Positions 62,880-64,000 of a DNA stretch of 64,000 nt are shown here, piece after piece; within the stretch, counting starts at the first letter, position 1, and every line of letters starts with the position of its first letter. Position numbers and translations under genes: made by a program. The stretch lies in NCBI RefSeq assembly GCF_009914755.1, contig NC_060947.1. One strand, given 5' to 3'. The DNA comes from the human T2T-CHM13v2.0 reference genome, Homo sapiens. Below the pieces are notes generated by a model. That model was not told the DNA's origin and did no database searches. It saw only the letters and a program-made list of their open reading frames with translations.

Positions 62880-64000
62880 CCCCAGTTAAAATAGGTTAAT
62901 ACAGCCCACTGTAAATTAGAATAAGTCTACAAATATGGAAACCCATGATACAAGGCCTATTTGGTGAAAGGGTGATTATCCCCATGTCTTCTCCATTAAC
63001 AACCCAATTTGGCTTGTTCTTAAACTTCAAATGAATGGCACCTAATGGTGGATTACCATAACGCTAATGTTGTGGTCCCACACATTAAGGTCCCCATACC
63101 CAATATTGTTGACATTACTGACTCCATCCGGTCTGTGACTGGTAAATATTTTGCTATTATAGATTTGGCTAATGTGTTCTATTCACTGCCTATTTCAACA
63201 GCCTTTCAGCCTCAGTTTGCCTTCACCTCTGAAGGGACACAATAAACATGTACCTGGCTACTCATGGGATACCTCCACAGTTTTGCCATTGTACACTATC
63301 TTTGCTGGCAAGATCTTAACTGTACCGAGCTTTTTCTAGATGTACAGGTGTGATGTTACATTGATGACATCCTTCCCTGAGGAGATTTATTTGACACACT
63401 CATTCAGGAAATACAGATACTCACAAAATTGCTCATAAAATGGTATGGCTGTTGTGCCACACGTAGTGCAAGGCCCTACCACTTTTCAATACCTACACAT
63501 TATTTGCTAAACTGAAGACCATTCTGTCTCTGACACTGTCAGAAAAGCAGCTATTGACCCTGTCAGCACCCACAACTTCTTTTAGGTTCATTTGTGTTCT
63601 GGAGACAAAACATTCCTCTTTTATAAATTTTATTGAAGCCCATTTACGCTATTTCTTACAAATCAGTTCATCTTGAATGGGGGTCCCCTCCAACAAGAGG
63701 TTCTAGAATCTGTCAAAATTGCAATATGACACTAACGACAATTAGTCACTAACGACAATATCGTTAGTGACCCCAGATGCGCTTCACCATAGAGGTTTTA
63801 GCAACTTCCTCATTTCTCCCTCTGGAACATCCATCATTGCCATAAGTTGCCAAGGGTTTCTGAGGCAAGAGACTGTCATCCTTGGACCTGTTTTATACAC
63901 CATTAGAGTGACAATTGCTAGCTGCATAGTGGACTGTCTTAGAAATAGAGGCTATCACAATCCCTCAGCCTGTGACCCTCCATATCCAGCTGCCTATTGT
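62880..64000 (+). pseudogene. pol: Retroviral pol (RT and RNase H tether) pseudogene
   Basis: NNPIW, MVDY, YFAIIDLANVFYSLPI, QFAFT, MGYLHS and YIDD (63357-63368) motifs; stops and frameshifts. Confidence 0.9.

Noticed and set aside
63045-63245. RT ORF as a functional or domesticated gene
   Set aside because: Only 66 aa, flanked by stops and frameshifts, with stops next to YIDD

Overview
Primate (most likely human) non-coding genomic DNA made mostly of interspersed repeats. There are about 30 Alus, old L1, L2 and MIR fragments, DNA transposons (MER2B, MER45, Tigger2, Tigger3b, HSMAR2), solo LTRs (MER50, LTR27-like, ERVL-type), a two-LTR MER4B provirus (15.0-24.1 kb) and a decayed class III ERV with a recognisable RT (58.7-64 kb). 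No intact protein-coding exon could be supported; most track ORFs come from Alu, L1 or LTR sequence. A likely housekeeping-type promoter and non-coding first exon lie at ~48.77-48.81 kb (+ strand, gene not identified). The most interesting observations are: (1) a TATA/CACCC-led, decayed intronless ORF at ~24.3-24.8 kb (- strand) with an RVxF-like PP1 motif and a CpG-decayed 'DRxRFxxR' motif resembling GADD34/ICP34.5/DP71L; (2) an Alu with twin-priming-type 5' inversion; (3) template-switch hairpins and a palindromic-unit expansion inside LTR/ERV sequence; (4) a GCN (poly-Ala) tract in the ERV. Repeat family names come from recalled consensus sequences, not a database search, and old-repeat boundaries are approximate.
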